A stretch of DNA of 64,000 bases from Cladosporium halotolerans (taxonomy: Eukaryota). The stretch lies in contig NW_027191458.1 of assembly GCF_011745625.1 (NCBI RefSeq), forward strand, positions 806,001 to 870,000, read 5' to 3'. Under the pieces are notes generated by a model, which was given only the letters and a program-made list of their open reading frames with translations, was not told where the DNA came from and made no database searches. The translations under genes and the position numbers were made by a program. Below, one piece after another: positions 24,559-35,546 of this stretch. Numbering within the stretch: position 1 is the stretch's first letter; each line of letters begins with the position of its first letter.

Positions 24559-27392
24559 ATGGCGACCACACATTCGCTTGCGCTGTACGTTACGAAGCAA
24601 TCCACAACATCTTCCAAGATGGCACATGATCACTCACTAAATACCAATGCAGCTTTTTGCCCTACACCATTGACTTCCAAGACAAGCGCCCCTCGAGCCC
24701 GGAGCCGCGCTCGCACAGCCGTAAAAACTCGGCTTTCGATCTCCCTACCCAGACGAGTGCGACGAGCTTGTTGCCTGAGCACACGCCACCGCGCACTCCC
24801 GGTATCCATGATACCAACCAATTCTTCGGGCAGTTTGGCGCCGGCTCGGAGGAGCCTAAGCACCACTTCGCCACTCCAGGAAACCCTCGCTCTCTGATGC
24901 GCAGCGAGGTGCATCTTCCGGAATGGGGAAAGCAAGCCATCTTCAATCAGCCCGAGTCCAGAGCCGGTCCACTGCCTTCAAACTCGATCCTCGACTTCGC
25001 AAGGGCCCACGAGGAAATCCAGCGTCGTCGCCCCAGCAAGGGCTCCCCTCGCTCCCGCCCTCAATCCCGCGCTGGTAGTGGCGACCGTGATTTCGAAAAC
25101 AAGACCTGGACCGTCGAGCCCGCTGTCCAGGGGAACGGTGGCCTTACCAACGCCGCCCGCGAAGGTTGCGAAGAGTCCCAATCTGATCTCACATGGGTAG
25201 GCACCATTGGCTTCCCAACGGACAGCATCCCCCGCTCTCTGAAAGAGGACATTGAGGATACGCTCCACAACGATTACCAGTCTTCTACGGTGTTCGTCAA
25301 GGACAAAGACCTTGATGGCCACTACTCCCACTTCTGCAAGACCATCCTCTGGCCCATCTTCCACTACCAGGTACCTGACCATCCCAAGAGCAAAGCTTAC
25401 GCGGATCACTCCTGGAATTTCTACCACAACGTTAATCAAGCCTTTGCCGACAAGCTTGTGTCTACCTACAAGCGTGGCGATACTATCTGGGTGCATGACT
25501 ACCACTTGCTTCTCGTGCCTGGGATGATTCGAAAGAAGATCCCAGATGCGAAGATCGGCTTCTTCTTGCATACGGCTTTCCCGTCTTCCGAAGTATTCCG
25601 TTGCTTGGCCAAGCGCCGCGAATTGCTAGATGGGATGCTCGGGGCGAACCTCGTCGGTTTTCAGACTGAGGAGTACTCGCAGCACTTCTTGCAGACTTGC
25701 AGCCGCATTCTCACGGTCGAGACAACCGCAGAGGGCGTCCAGCTTGAGGATCATTTTGTCAACGTCACTAGCTGTCCGATTGGCATAAACGTCCCCGCCA
25801 CCAACGAAGCACGCCAGGCGCCGGAGGTTGCCATAAAGGCCGAAGAGTTCCTCAAGCGGTACCATGGGAAGCACCTGATCGTTGCCCGTGACAAGCTTGA
25901 CAACATCCGTGGTGTTCGTCAGAAACTCTTGGCATACGAACTCTTCCTCAACAAATACCCCGAGTGGCGCGACAAGGTGGTTATGATTCAGGTCGCCACT
26001 TCGACCAGTGAACAGTCTGAGCTGCTTGCGACCGTGTCCGACATTGTAACTCGCATCGACTCGGTTCATTCAACCCTGGCTCACCAGCCCCTGGTCTTCC
26101 TGAAGCAGGACATCCCCTTTTCGCAATATCTTGCACTTCTCACCATCGCAGATGTCATGATGATCACCCCGTTGCGTGACGGCATGAACCTTACAGCTCA
26201 TGAGTACATCGTCTGCCAGGACGGGCACGGTGGCCAGAAGAAGCACGGTCCGCTCATTCTCAGTGAATTTACCGGCAGTGCATCCGTGTTTCACAATCAT
26301 CCGCTTGTGGTCAATCCCTGGGATTATCAGCAACAGGGCGAAGCTATCAAGAAGGCGTTGGAAATGAGCGACGAGGAAAAGGAGAACCGCTGGAACCACC
26401 TGTACAACATCGTTCGCCAGCAGACTGGGTCGAAATGGCAGACAAAGCTCACCGAGAGTCTTGACAAGGTCTACGACGAGCGTGGCACTCGCGACGCCGC
26501 TGCGATCCCTCGCCTGTCTCTTTCGCAGGTGAGCGACAAATACAAGGAGGCCACACGTCGCCTCTTCATCCTCGACTACGAAGGCACCCTCATCCCGCAT
26601 CGAACCAACACTGGCGTCCCGCTCTCTTCCCCGAAACGTGTCCTGGACACTCTCAACGAGCTCCTCGCCGACCCGAAGAACGTCGTCTACGTGATGTCCG
26701 GCCGCAAGCCCGAGGCCCTCTCCTCCGACTTCCGCACCGTGCCCCAGCTCGGCCTGATCGCGGAGAACGGGTGCTTCATGCGCGCCTTCGGCGCCGACCC
26801 GCGCTCCTGGACCGTCTTCCCCGACCGCGACGCCATGAGCGCCTGGAAGGCCGAGGTCAAGAACATCCTGCGCTACTACCAGGAGCGCCTCGAGGGCAGC
26901 TACGTCGAGGAGCGCCACTGCTCCATGCTCTTCCGCTTCGATAAGGTCGAGGACAAGGAAGCTGCCGAGCGCACGGCCGGCGAGTGCTCGGATCATATTA
27001 ATGGCGGCTGCAACAAGATGCGCGTGCGCGCGGTGCCGATTCGCGACGCGGTGCTGATCGAGACGCTGGATTTCAGCAAGGACACGGCTGCCGCGACTGT
27101 ATTCAAGCAGGAGACTAAGGAGGTCGAGGGGGACGGCGCGAAGCCTCCGGACTTCCTCATGGTCGCCGGCGACGACCGCGAGGACGAGGTCATTTTCCGC
27201 TGGGCCAACGATCTCGGCAAGGCTGGCGCTGTGCCCGAGGTCTTCACCGTTTCCGTCGGCAAGAGGAACACGGAGGCCGCGTCGACGCTCACGCAGGGCA
27301 CTACGGGTCTGCTGTCGGCGCTGGCGCGTCTGGCCAAGATTTCTGCTGAGGCGGCCCCGACTGACTACTTCAACAACAAGATGAAGAGTTGA
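24559..27392 (+). CDS. TPS3: Trehalose-6-phosphate synthase complex regulatory subunit (GT20 plus HAD domain; TslA/Tps3 type)
   Basis: Exon 24559-24584, intron 24585-24652 (GTACGT..CTAA..CAG), then FLPYTIDF. GT20 motifs WVHDYHL, GFFLHTAFPSSE, RDGMNL. ARDKLDNIRGV and the phosphatase motif DYEGTL (not DYDGTL) point to a regulatory, probably non-catalytic paralogue. Confidence 0.85.
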
Positions 27393-28127
27393 GTGTGTTC
27401 TGGCTCTTTGAAGACGACTACACTGGTTTGCTTTCTGGGCGTTCCTGCATTAGCGTGCGGTTTGCATTTTGCTTCGCGTTTTCGCGCAGCCCTATACCCC
27501 CCAGCCCCTTGGCGGCTTGTGCTGGGCCCGCGAGGTTCTGTTTTGCTTTGGTGTTTAGTTCTGGGATGGTGTTGAGAGAGATTTTGGGATTGTTCTGCAT
27601 TTTTGGGGAGCATGGTAGATTGCTTCACTTGATAGAGAATCAGATTATGTTGATGATTATTTCAGGGATCACTCCTGACTAGGGTGTGTTTCTGTGACTC
27701 TGGTGTTGGCGTGATTTCGATCGTTGGGAAGCAAGTAGATGTGCATCATGTCTGAAGATGGCCGGTGCAGCTTGACGTTGTGCGAGTAGACAACAGCATC
27801 ACAAACCATGAGCTGGGCGACAATGACACAGCGTCAAACCGGCATCCGGTAAGTGTACGCTCGCTATCTTTCTGCTGTGCTGCCTTCAAAACAGTCACAT
27901 ATGCATGTTAAGCAACCGCGCCAGAACCGAGGATGAAGTCGTCAACCCCTCGCTGCGGAATTGCTGAAACGGGCAGGTGTATGCGACATGTGAGCCCATA
28001 CAACCATTGTACATTTCGTATGACTCCTTTAGCGAACCTCTTCGTACTTAGTTTCCCATAGCGAAACCAAACACATCTCGATCTACAAGGTCTCTCAGTA
28101 TCAAGTAGTTACTCCACCCCGCTCACA

Positions 28128-28901
28128 ATGTACCTCCGCGCCGTCCACGCAGAGCACTCAATCCCCCTCCTCCGCCACTTCATCCAAGAAAACCCCCTCG
28201 GGATCCTGACCACCGCCATCCCGTCTCAAGCCCACCACCTAATCCAATCCAGCCACATCCCCTTCGTCCTCGACGTCTCCGACCCCAACAGCGAAGACGA
28301 ACTCCCCATCCTCAGAGGCCACATCGCGCGCCAAAACCCGCAGGCCAAAGCCATAATCGAGCACGCCACCGCCAACCCCTCTCCCTTCCCCACTCCGACC
28401 TCCACAAGCCACAAACTCCAGCAAGAAATCGCACTCCTCTTCAACGGCCCAGCCCACCACTACATCTCGCCCAAATTCTACGCCGCCACCAAGCCCGCGA
28501 CCGGCAAAGTCGTCCCCACCTGGAACTACGCCGCGGCCCAAGCGTACGGCGAAGCGACCGTCTATTTCGATTCGCAGAGCCCCGAAACCTCCGCCTTTCT
28601 CAGCCGGCAGATCGACGACTTGTCCGCGATGGCGGAGACGCAGATCATGGGCTACGAGGAGCCTTGGCGGGTCGCGGACGCGCCGGAGCGGTACGTTGAG
28701 TTGCTGCGGAAGAATATTATCGGGATCGAGGTGAGGGTGACTAGTTTGGGCGGGAAGTTCAAGGTGAGCCAGGAGATGGGGGAGGGGGATCGGAGGGGGG
28801 TTGCGGAGGGGTTGGAGGCGTTGGGGTCGGCGGAGGGAGGGTATGTGGCGGGGTTGGTGAGGGAGAGGGGTGGGTTGGGTGAGGTCGAGGGGCCCAAGTA
28901 G
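28128..28901 (+). CDS. PaiB-family split-barrel protein ('FMN-binding negative transcriptional regulator'; probable haem-binding)
   Basis: MYLR start, NPLGILTT, SSHIPF, LRGHIARQNPQ, HYISPKFY, VVPTWNYAA, IIGIEV, GKFKVSQE. Intronless. Confidence 0.88.
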   Translation: MYLRAVHAEHSIPLLRHFIQENPLGILTTAIPSQAHHLIQSSHIPFVLDVSDPNSEDELPILRGHIARQNPQAKAIIEHATANPSPFPTPTSTSHKLQQEIALLFNGPAHHYISPKFYAATKPATGKVVPTWNYAAAQAYGEATVYFDSQSPETSAFLSRQIDDLSAMAETQIMGYEEPWRVADAPERYVELLRKNIIGIEVRVTSLGGKFKVSQEMGEGDRRGVAEGLEALGSAEGGYVAGLVRERGGLGEVEGPK

Positions 28902-29211
28902 GTTCCACGAGGTGGTAATTTGTGTCCAAACGATGATATAGTGCTAGATGTGTCGGCAACTTTGGTGCCGAAATGTTTCCTTCGTCGGCGTTTTCGTGCG
29001 AGCGGTCATCCCAAAACGGCGCGGATCGAAAACATCGCCTGCGGTGAAAGACCACGTTCCGCTTTTGGTCCGTCATTCGTGAATCTACGCTGCTGGGTTC
29101 AGGCGAAGAACATTTAGTTGTTCATTTACTTCACATTCTGCTGAAAGCCGTTTATGGATCCATATGCTGTTTAGAAGGTTCTGTTTCCCCCAGCTTGTTG
29201 CGAGTACTATA

Positions 29212-30446
29212 TCATCTTTTTAGTTCCGTTCTTGCATTCTCCATGTTGGCAGCTACAATATCCGCAGTCGAGCTTGAGTTCGTCCGTAGAATGCGGTCCT
29301 CGTCATCGTAGTCACCAGGGAATGTTCGTTTAGAAGGGCTGTGTTCCTCAGGGGTCCAGTCTCCTCGATTCCGTTCAGTATCGTTGTTGCTTTTAGGCGC
29401 CCCGCTGGCGTTCGCGCTGGACTTTTCCCGATCGTTGCTGATCGTCATACGGCCCAATCCATCTCGCACATTCCAGTTCTCACCAGAGGAGCCCATGTGA
29501 CCCGAACGTTTTTTGACTGTCCGATCCCACGCCCGCCCAAAGAAGCTCTTCAAGGCGGGCAAACTTCCTACAATGACGCTCATGCTGCCTTCCACCAGAC
29601 CCCAGACCGCCAGCCCGACGGGGTCAGAGCGAGCTCTTGACACGATTTGCGTGAGCCTAATCAATGCGCAAACGATGACGATGCCGCCGACGCTGAATAT
29701 GCCGATCAAGGCGACTTTTTGAGCCCTGGTGACGTGAAGCAGGGTCAAGAGCTTGATCGGTAGGGCCATGATCATCAGATCGGTCAGAACGTCCACGGCT
29801 GTGGTGTAGCTGATTGAGATGACGCTGCCTTCGATGTCGATGGGCTTGGAGCACTGGCCTGAGGTCGATTAGCTTGACGATTAAAATGGAGTCTTCCATG
29901 TTTAAGCAACATACCAAATTGAAAGTATGTACTAGGCGGGTGACAAGTCCACACAGATGTGATCCAGCATCCAACGTATGCGAGCCCAGTAAAGATCGCA
30001 ACCGCCCACCAGAGTTTGCGATACATTGCCAGTCCGTTGAACAAGCGATAGTAAAGAGCCAGGAAGCTGTACTTTACACACCACGTGATCGTCCAGAACA
30101 AGACAATAATCACGAACTGGTAGCGGACGTATATGTTGCCTTGTGCAAACATCGCCTCCCCGCCAGGCTTCAGTCCACTCGATGCCTCCACCAAGTAATA
30201 CAAAGAGTGTGCCTGTAGCGTTTGGAGGATGGCATTTGCAAACAGGAAGCCAAACGCCGACAACAACCAGTAGTCGTCTGCGTAGAACCGGCGGCTTTCA
30301 GTCAACCGCACGTAGCATCTCAGCAGCGTAAAGCAGCATCCAAGTGCGACTCCGCTCCATGCGACGGCGATGAGACCTTGCTCTGACAAGCCTCGAGCCG
30401 CGCCTTGAAGGCGAGCTTCGATGATCAAATCGTCCTCCGAGGACAT
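29212..30446 (-). CDS. PTH11-like (rhodopsin-domain, no CFEM) integral membrane protein
   Basis: Exons 30446-29915 and 29858-29212. LRCYVR..YADD, VKYSFLALYYRLF, CHPPSTYF, DVLTDLMIMALPI, QKVAL..F..G, E..MSVIVGSLP. Confidence 0.88.
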
Positions 30447-31022
30447 CGATGCGACCTCGGGCTTCGCAGAGTTTCAAAATTCTAATTTCTTGTCGCTCAA
30501 TGAAAAACACATGTCATCCAGTGCAAGTGTCGATGTTGCCGGAACGAACTTCAAGACGCAGCTGCCATTGGGAAAAGCCTCGCCGAGAAAGACGTTTCGT
30601 CTCCACAAGAACCGATGTCTGGCTCTAGTAAGACAATGTTTGGCAGCATGTCGGAACTCACCGGTTACAGCGTGGTGTGACCCTTTGCACTCGTGTGATT
30701 CTTCGCAACTCACAGGCCTGGCCGCCCTCGGTACCATGACGGCGGAGCTTCGCATGCGGAATGCTCCATCACGCAAGGTACCGGCAGCGGTTTCCTCGCC
30801 CCGGTTGCTAGTGCTTGCGTACGATCGGCATGCAGCATATCATCCCTTGCTTCACTTATGACCCCTTTGGTGTCCATGAGTGGCTGTGCGCAGAACGCCG
30901 CTTGTTCCGGTCAGTGACCAGTGACCACCACCGAATTAATCACATCGGTGGTCTTTCCTCAGTGAGCTGCTGTCTGGCCACCACGTGAGACGATTGGAGC
31001 AGTCGTGGTCCGGACGGTCGCG

Positions 31023-31036
31023 ACGGTCGCGACCGT
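31023..31036. promoter_or_regulatory. Perfect 14-bp palindrome ACGGTCGCGACCGT (CGG-N6-CCG), candidate Zn2Cys6 site
   Basis: Lies in the divergent PTH11-like/BBE promoter, overlapped by a direct repeat of GACGGTCGC (31013-31030). Confidence 0.35.
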
Positions 31037-31558
31037 TGGAAAGCAACAATTGACAGACACGGACGGATCGCCTCGCTCAGCGGGGCGGGGCGGGTCGCGG
31101 GTCGTTGACTGAGCTCCACTTCATCTCGCTTCAGTCCCTGTCAATAACACCAGAATGCTAACTGCCAATGCCAGACACGGCTTAACAAACCGACTATGGC
31201 ATACTGCTGTGAAGCGCTTAGTCCCGAATAAAGTGCGAAATGATACCTGAAGCGACCCAGCGAAAGAAGAATATGAGGAAGGGAAAACCACGAAGGTCGA
31301 CGACTTGAGTAGCTAAACACAATTGATCCTTACGGATAATCCGGTTGAGACCCTGTGTCGATCTAATGCTGGCTAAGGCGAGTCTAGTGGTGGGTGTGGC
31401 ACTGCTTGAATCCTACGGCAATGCAAGAGCTCATTCTTCGCCGCTAAAGCAAAGATGACAAAACGGACAGTGCGGACGCACTACTCTGTTTGACAGACAT
31501 CCGGCATCTGCGAAACAACCTGTTTGTGAACAACCTGGCCGATCATCCTCTATTCGGC

Positions 31559-33396
31559 ATGAGACACAGCTTCTTGCTGGCGGCTTTGACCGCTTCCTGC
31601 TATGCAGTCGCTGCTGAGTCGGAAAGGCAATGCCGATGTGTACGTATGTGACACGAGGGGTAATAGGAGAAATTGCTGACTGCTATTGCTAGGCTCCAAG
31701 CGATCAGTGTTGGCCATCGAGGCAAGACTGGGGATCGCTCAATTCGACCGTCAACGGCCAGTTGATCTCCACCGAGCCTCTAGCCATTGCATGCTACGCA
31801 GGCCCTGAGCAAGACACTGATGAGTGCCAAAATGTCGACGAAAGCTGGAGCAATGCAGTCTTTCAGTCCGGGGACCCGATTGGGCTGAGCTACCCTGTCA
31901 ACATTACATGTCCGCCGGTAAATGCTACAGCGGGTGAACAGCCTGGATCATGCTCTTTGGGCAAACAGCCGCTGTATGCAGTCAATGCTACCAGTGAAGG
32001 CCACATCATTGCTGCCGTGAATTTTGCAAGGAGTCGCAACATCAGGATCGTCATCAAGGAAACCGGCCATGACATATTGGGCAGATCTGAGGGAGGCGCA
32101 AGTCTTCTCATCTGGACTCGCTATCTCCGCAACGGCGTCGAGTTTATTGAGAATTATCAGTCGCCTTGCAGTGAGAGTTGCAACGCGAGGTCTTGGTCAG
32201 GCGCCGCGATCCATATCGATGGCGGCTACACTTGGGCGGACGTCTACCCTGTAGCGAAGCAAAATGGCAGAGTCGTCGTAGGCGGAGGGACTCCTTCTGT
32301 CTCAAGCACCGGCGGCTGGATGCAGGGAGGAGGGCATGGGCCTGCGTCTCGTCAATTTGGCCTTGGGGCAGATCAAGTCCTAAGCGCTAGGATCGTGCTT
32401 GCGGACGGCTGTATCATCACAGCGTCGCCTTGCGAGAACCAAGACGTCTATTTCGCCATCCGTGGCGGAGGTCCAGGCACATATGGAGTAGTCCTCTCCA
32501 CGGTGATCAAAGCTTGGCCCAACGTCGATGTTCAGGTCCAGAGTTTGGCCATTGCCCCCTTGTCGAACAATAGCGCGCTACTGGATGCCATTGCCACGCT
32601 CTACTCAGCCTACCCTGGCCTGAATGATGCTGGCTATGCTGGGTACGGAACTTGGAGTATCGCGTCTCCAACGCCGATTTTTGGTAACTTCACTGCCGCT
32701 TATGTGCATGGATTCTACACCTTCAACCAGACGATCGAAGACGGTCAGAATGCTTTTGCTCCAACGCTAGAGAAACTCCTTCCAGCGAACGGAACCAGTC
32801 TGTTCGTCTCTGTCTCTTACAACTCCTTTGACGACTACTGGTCTTTTTACGAGGACGTCGCACGTGCCGAGCCTCCAGTCGGGACGTCTTCAGCTCTCGG
32901 CTCACGCCTGTTTTCTCGAAGTAGCGTACAGAACGATACTGCTGGTCTCAGGAGCATGGTAGAGACAGTAGCTGGTGCTCAGAATGAATCGACAAGCAAC
33001 AACTTCGAGCTCGTCTCCGGAGGCCGAGTTTTCGAAGACGCGTCAGATCTTTACTCAGGCCTGAATCCAGCGTGGCGGAAAAGCTACTTCAGCAACATTG
33101 TCGCGCGCGGCTGGGCTCCGGGATCTCCGGAAAATGTGAAGTCTGCAGTCAGACGCGACATTACGTACAACAAGGTCGCTGCCATGGAGCAACAGGCGCC
33201 TGACACCGGCGTGTATATGAACGAGGCTGACAGGCTTGATCCAAACTGGCAGCGTAATTTTTATGGCGACCATTACGATCGTTTGCTGGAGATCAAGCGA
33301 AGGCGCGATCCGGGCGGTGTCTTCTACTGTCCCACATGTGTGGGCAGCGCTGAATGGGAAGAGGATGATGAGGGTAGATTGTGTCGAGTGTTGTAG
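31559..33396 (+). CDS. Secreted berberine-bridge-enzyme-like FAD-dependent oxidoreductase (AA7/VAO family)
   Basis: Exon 31559-31639 (signal peptide, CRC), intron 31640-31692, then APSDQCWPS. FAD-binding IKETGHDILGRS, GGWMQGGGHGP, FAIRGGGPGTYGVV. BBE C-terminus YMNEAD..FYGDHYDRLLEIKRRRDP..FYCPTCVGS. Confidence 0.92.
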
Positions 33397-33948
33397 GTCC
33401 AGGCATTGTTGCACTTTCGAATGCAGATGAATCGTTCCTCAGGATTCATGATCAGTATAGAATAACGAGCTTTCCCTTTTTTCTCGAAGGACAATCGAGG
33501 CACAGCCGCGTTGAACAATATTATTGATGCACTCGTCAATCATGACGCGCCTGGTGGGGGGCCGGCTCGGATGCGGGGATGGCATAGATTAGACTTTGGT
33601 GACACAAAAGCACCCACCAACAGCCGAGACAGTACTCCTGCAGCAATTGGGGGGCTGTCTTCTTCAACAAATACAGACAATTTTTAGCATTTTCTGGAGA
33701 CCTCGCACTTTCCAAGGATCCCCGTCAAAGTACTTGCAATAAGTCCATTGACTTTTGATCAGCATCGTTTGCTTAGTAAACGATCAACCGCCTGGTGGGT
33801 CTACCCTGCCAATGCCGATCAACAATAGTCTAAATACTCCGGCGCGAACACCGAGCTGATATCTAACATAGGCTTTCAACAACAACAAGTCTCCGAAGCT
33901 TCGAGCGTTCTTCTCCCATTTCACCAGCAACAAACAGCATCATCCACC

Positions 33949-35010
33949 ATGGCGACCTGGGAAACTCGCGCGTGGACCTACAGAGGCGGTGGATATCCCT
34001 CAGGTCTGAAGCCGGCCACCATCGAGGTTCCACGAGGGTGCGAGCTCAAAGGTCTCTGGTCCACACCGCACATGCTCGTCAACATTCAGTCTTGCGCTCT
34101 GAACCCCGTCGACATTCAAATGATCAACGCTCTTAGCTCGCTTGTCCCACTCAAATCATACCAGACGGAGAAGGGCACGGTGTGCGATTTCAGCGCGAAA
34201 GTCAGCGCAGGAGGCCGGACGGGATTCCTGAAAGATGATGAGATATTTGGGTTGACCTTGAAACCTTTCAAGTATGGTCAAGGTGCCCTTGCGGAGATGG
34301 CGGAGCTGGACATGTCGAATACGGTCGCGGTCAAGAAGCCTGCGGACTGGAGCTGGGCAAAGGCCGCAGCCATTCCTCTGGTTTGGCTGACGGCAAGGAC
34401 GTGTATCGCAAATGTGGAAGACTACATTGAAGGTTCTCCTGGGAAGAGGGTTGCGGTGCTCGGTGGCTCTTCGGCAACGGGCATGTACACGATCATGCTG
34501 GCGAAGAAGCGGGGCTGGAAGGTGATCACGACTTCGTCGGCGAAGAACAAGGATTTTGTCACGTCGACGCTGGGAGCCGACGAGCACGTGGACTATACCT
34601 CGGTCAAAAGCGTGCGCTCGGCAATTCAGGCGTTTGAGCCTGACGCGGTCATCGACTGCGTCGGCGGCACAGAGTGCATCGGGCTGCCCTCAAGCAAGCG
34701 CTATGTCACGATCGTCGGCGATAAGACTAGTCGCACGCAGATGGGCGGTCCGGCCACATACTACAACTTGCTATCCTGGCACACGCCATTCCAGTGGTTG
34801 CGATGGGCGCGTGGTCAGGCAGGTCTGGGTGAAAGCTACGATGTGGTGATTCTGGAGATGAAGAAGGAGTGGCTGGAGGAGGCGAAAGAGACCCTGGTCC
34901 CTGAACAGATTTATATCGACAGCGAGTATGCTTTCGACGACGCATTGAAGGCGTTTGAGAGGCTCAATACTGGCAGAGCGAGGGGCAAGGTTGTGATTAA
35001 CGTGAGATGA
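33949..35010 (+). CDS. Zinc-independent medium-chain dehydrogenase/reductase (YIM1/enoyl-reductase-like)
   Basis: ALNPVD, AAAIPLVWLTA, VAVLGGSSATG, DAVIDCVGG, AFERLNTGRARGKVVI. Intronless. Confidence 0.85.
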   Translation: MATWETRAWTYRGGGYPSGLKPATIEVPRGCELKGLWSTPHMLVNIQSCALNPVDIQMINALSSLVPLKSYQTEKGTVCDFSAKVSAGGRTGFLKDDEIFGLTLKPFKYGQGALAEMAELDMSNTVAVKKPADWSWAKAAAIPLVWLTARTCIANVEDYIEGSPGKRVAVLGGSSATGMYTIMLAKKRGWKVITTSSAKNKDFVTSTLGADEHVDYTSVKSVRSAIQAFEPDAVIDCVGGTECIGLPSSKRYVTIVGDKTSRTQMGGPATYYNLLSWHTPFQWLRWARGQAGLGESYDVVILEMKKEWLEEAKETLVPEQIYIDSEYAFDDALKAFERLNTGRARGKVVINVR

Positions 35011-35546
35011 GCTTTCCTTTGTTATCGAGCAATGATTGTGGGATATAGATGGAGCCGAGTTGTTAGCGTCTACTTACTTCGAAACACCGGATGATGACTA
35101 TTTGGTGCCAAACGCATCTTTACGAGTGTTTCCTTTTTTTGTACGGTACTGTATAGTTAGTAGTATCACAGCAGTAAGCGCTGACGACACTTATCTCTGT
35201 GATCCACCGGCTCCACGCCGTCAGCTGTTAACGGCAAGATACCCGAAACGGCTGAGACCCAATTAGGAAGTCGCGAAAGGTGACCTCGATCTACAACACG
35301 ACAACTCAGGCCTCCTTCCAAGGCAAGACACGTACCTTGGTCAGGTGGACTGCGGGCGTATTGTTGTCTATGCCAACTGACTAGTTACGTGCAAGGTTCT
35401 TGTCTCGTGACTATACGGCGACTTTACAGAGCAGCTGACCCTCGTCACCGTCCTGGCTTGTCTCGGCTCAAAGTCCAGCCACGAACACGTCAAACTTCGA
35501 ATTACTGCCCTCCGCAGATTCGACACCGTCTGCGACAGAAGCAAAG

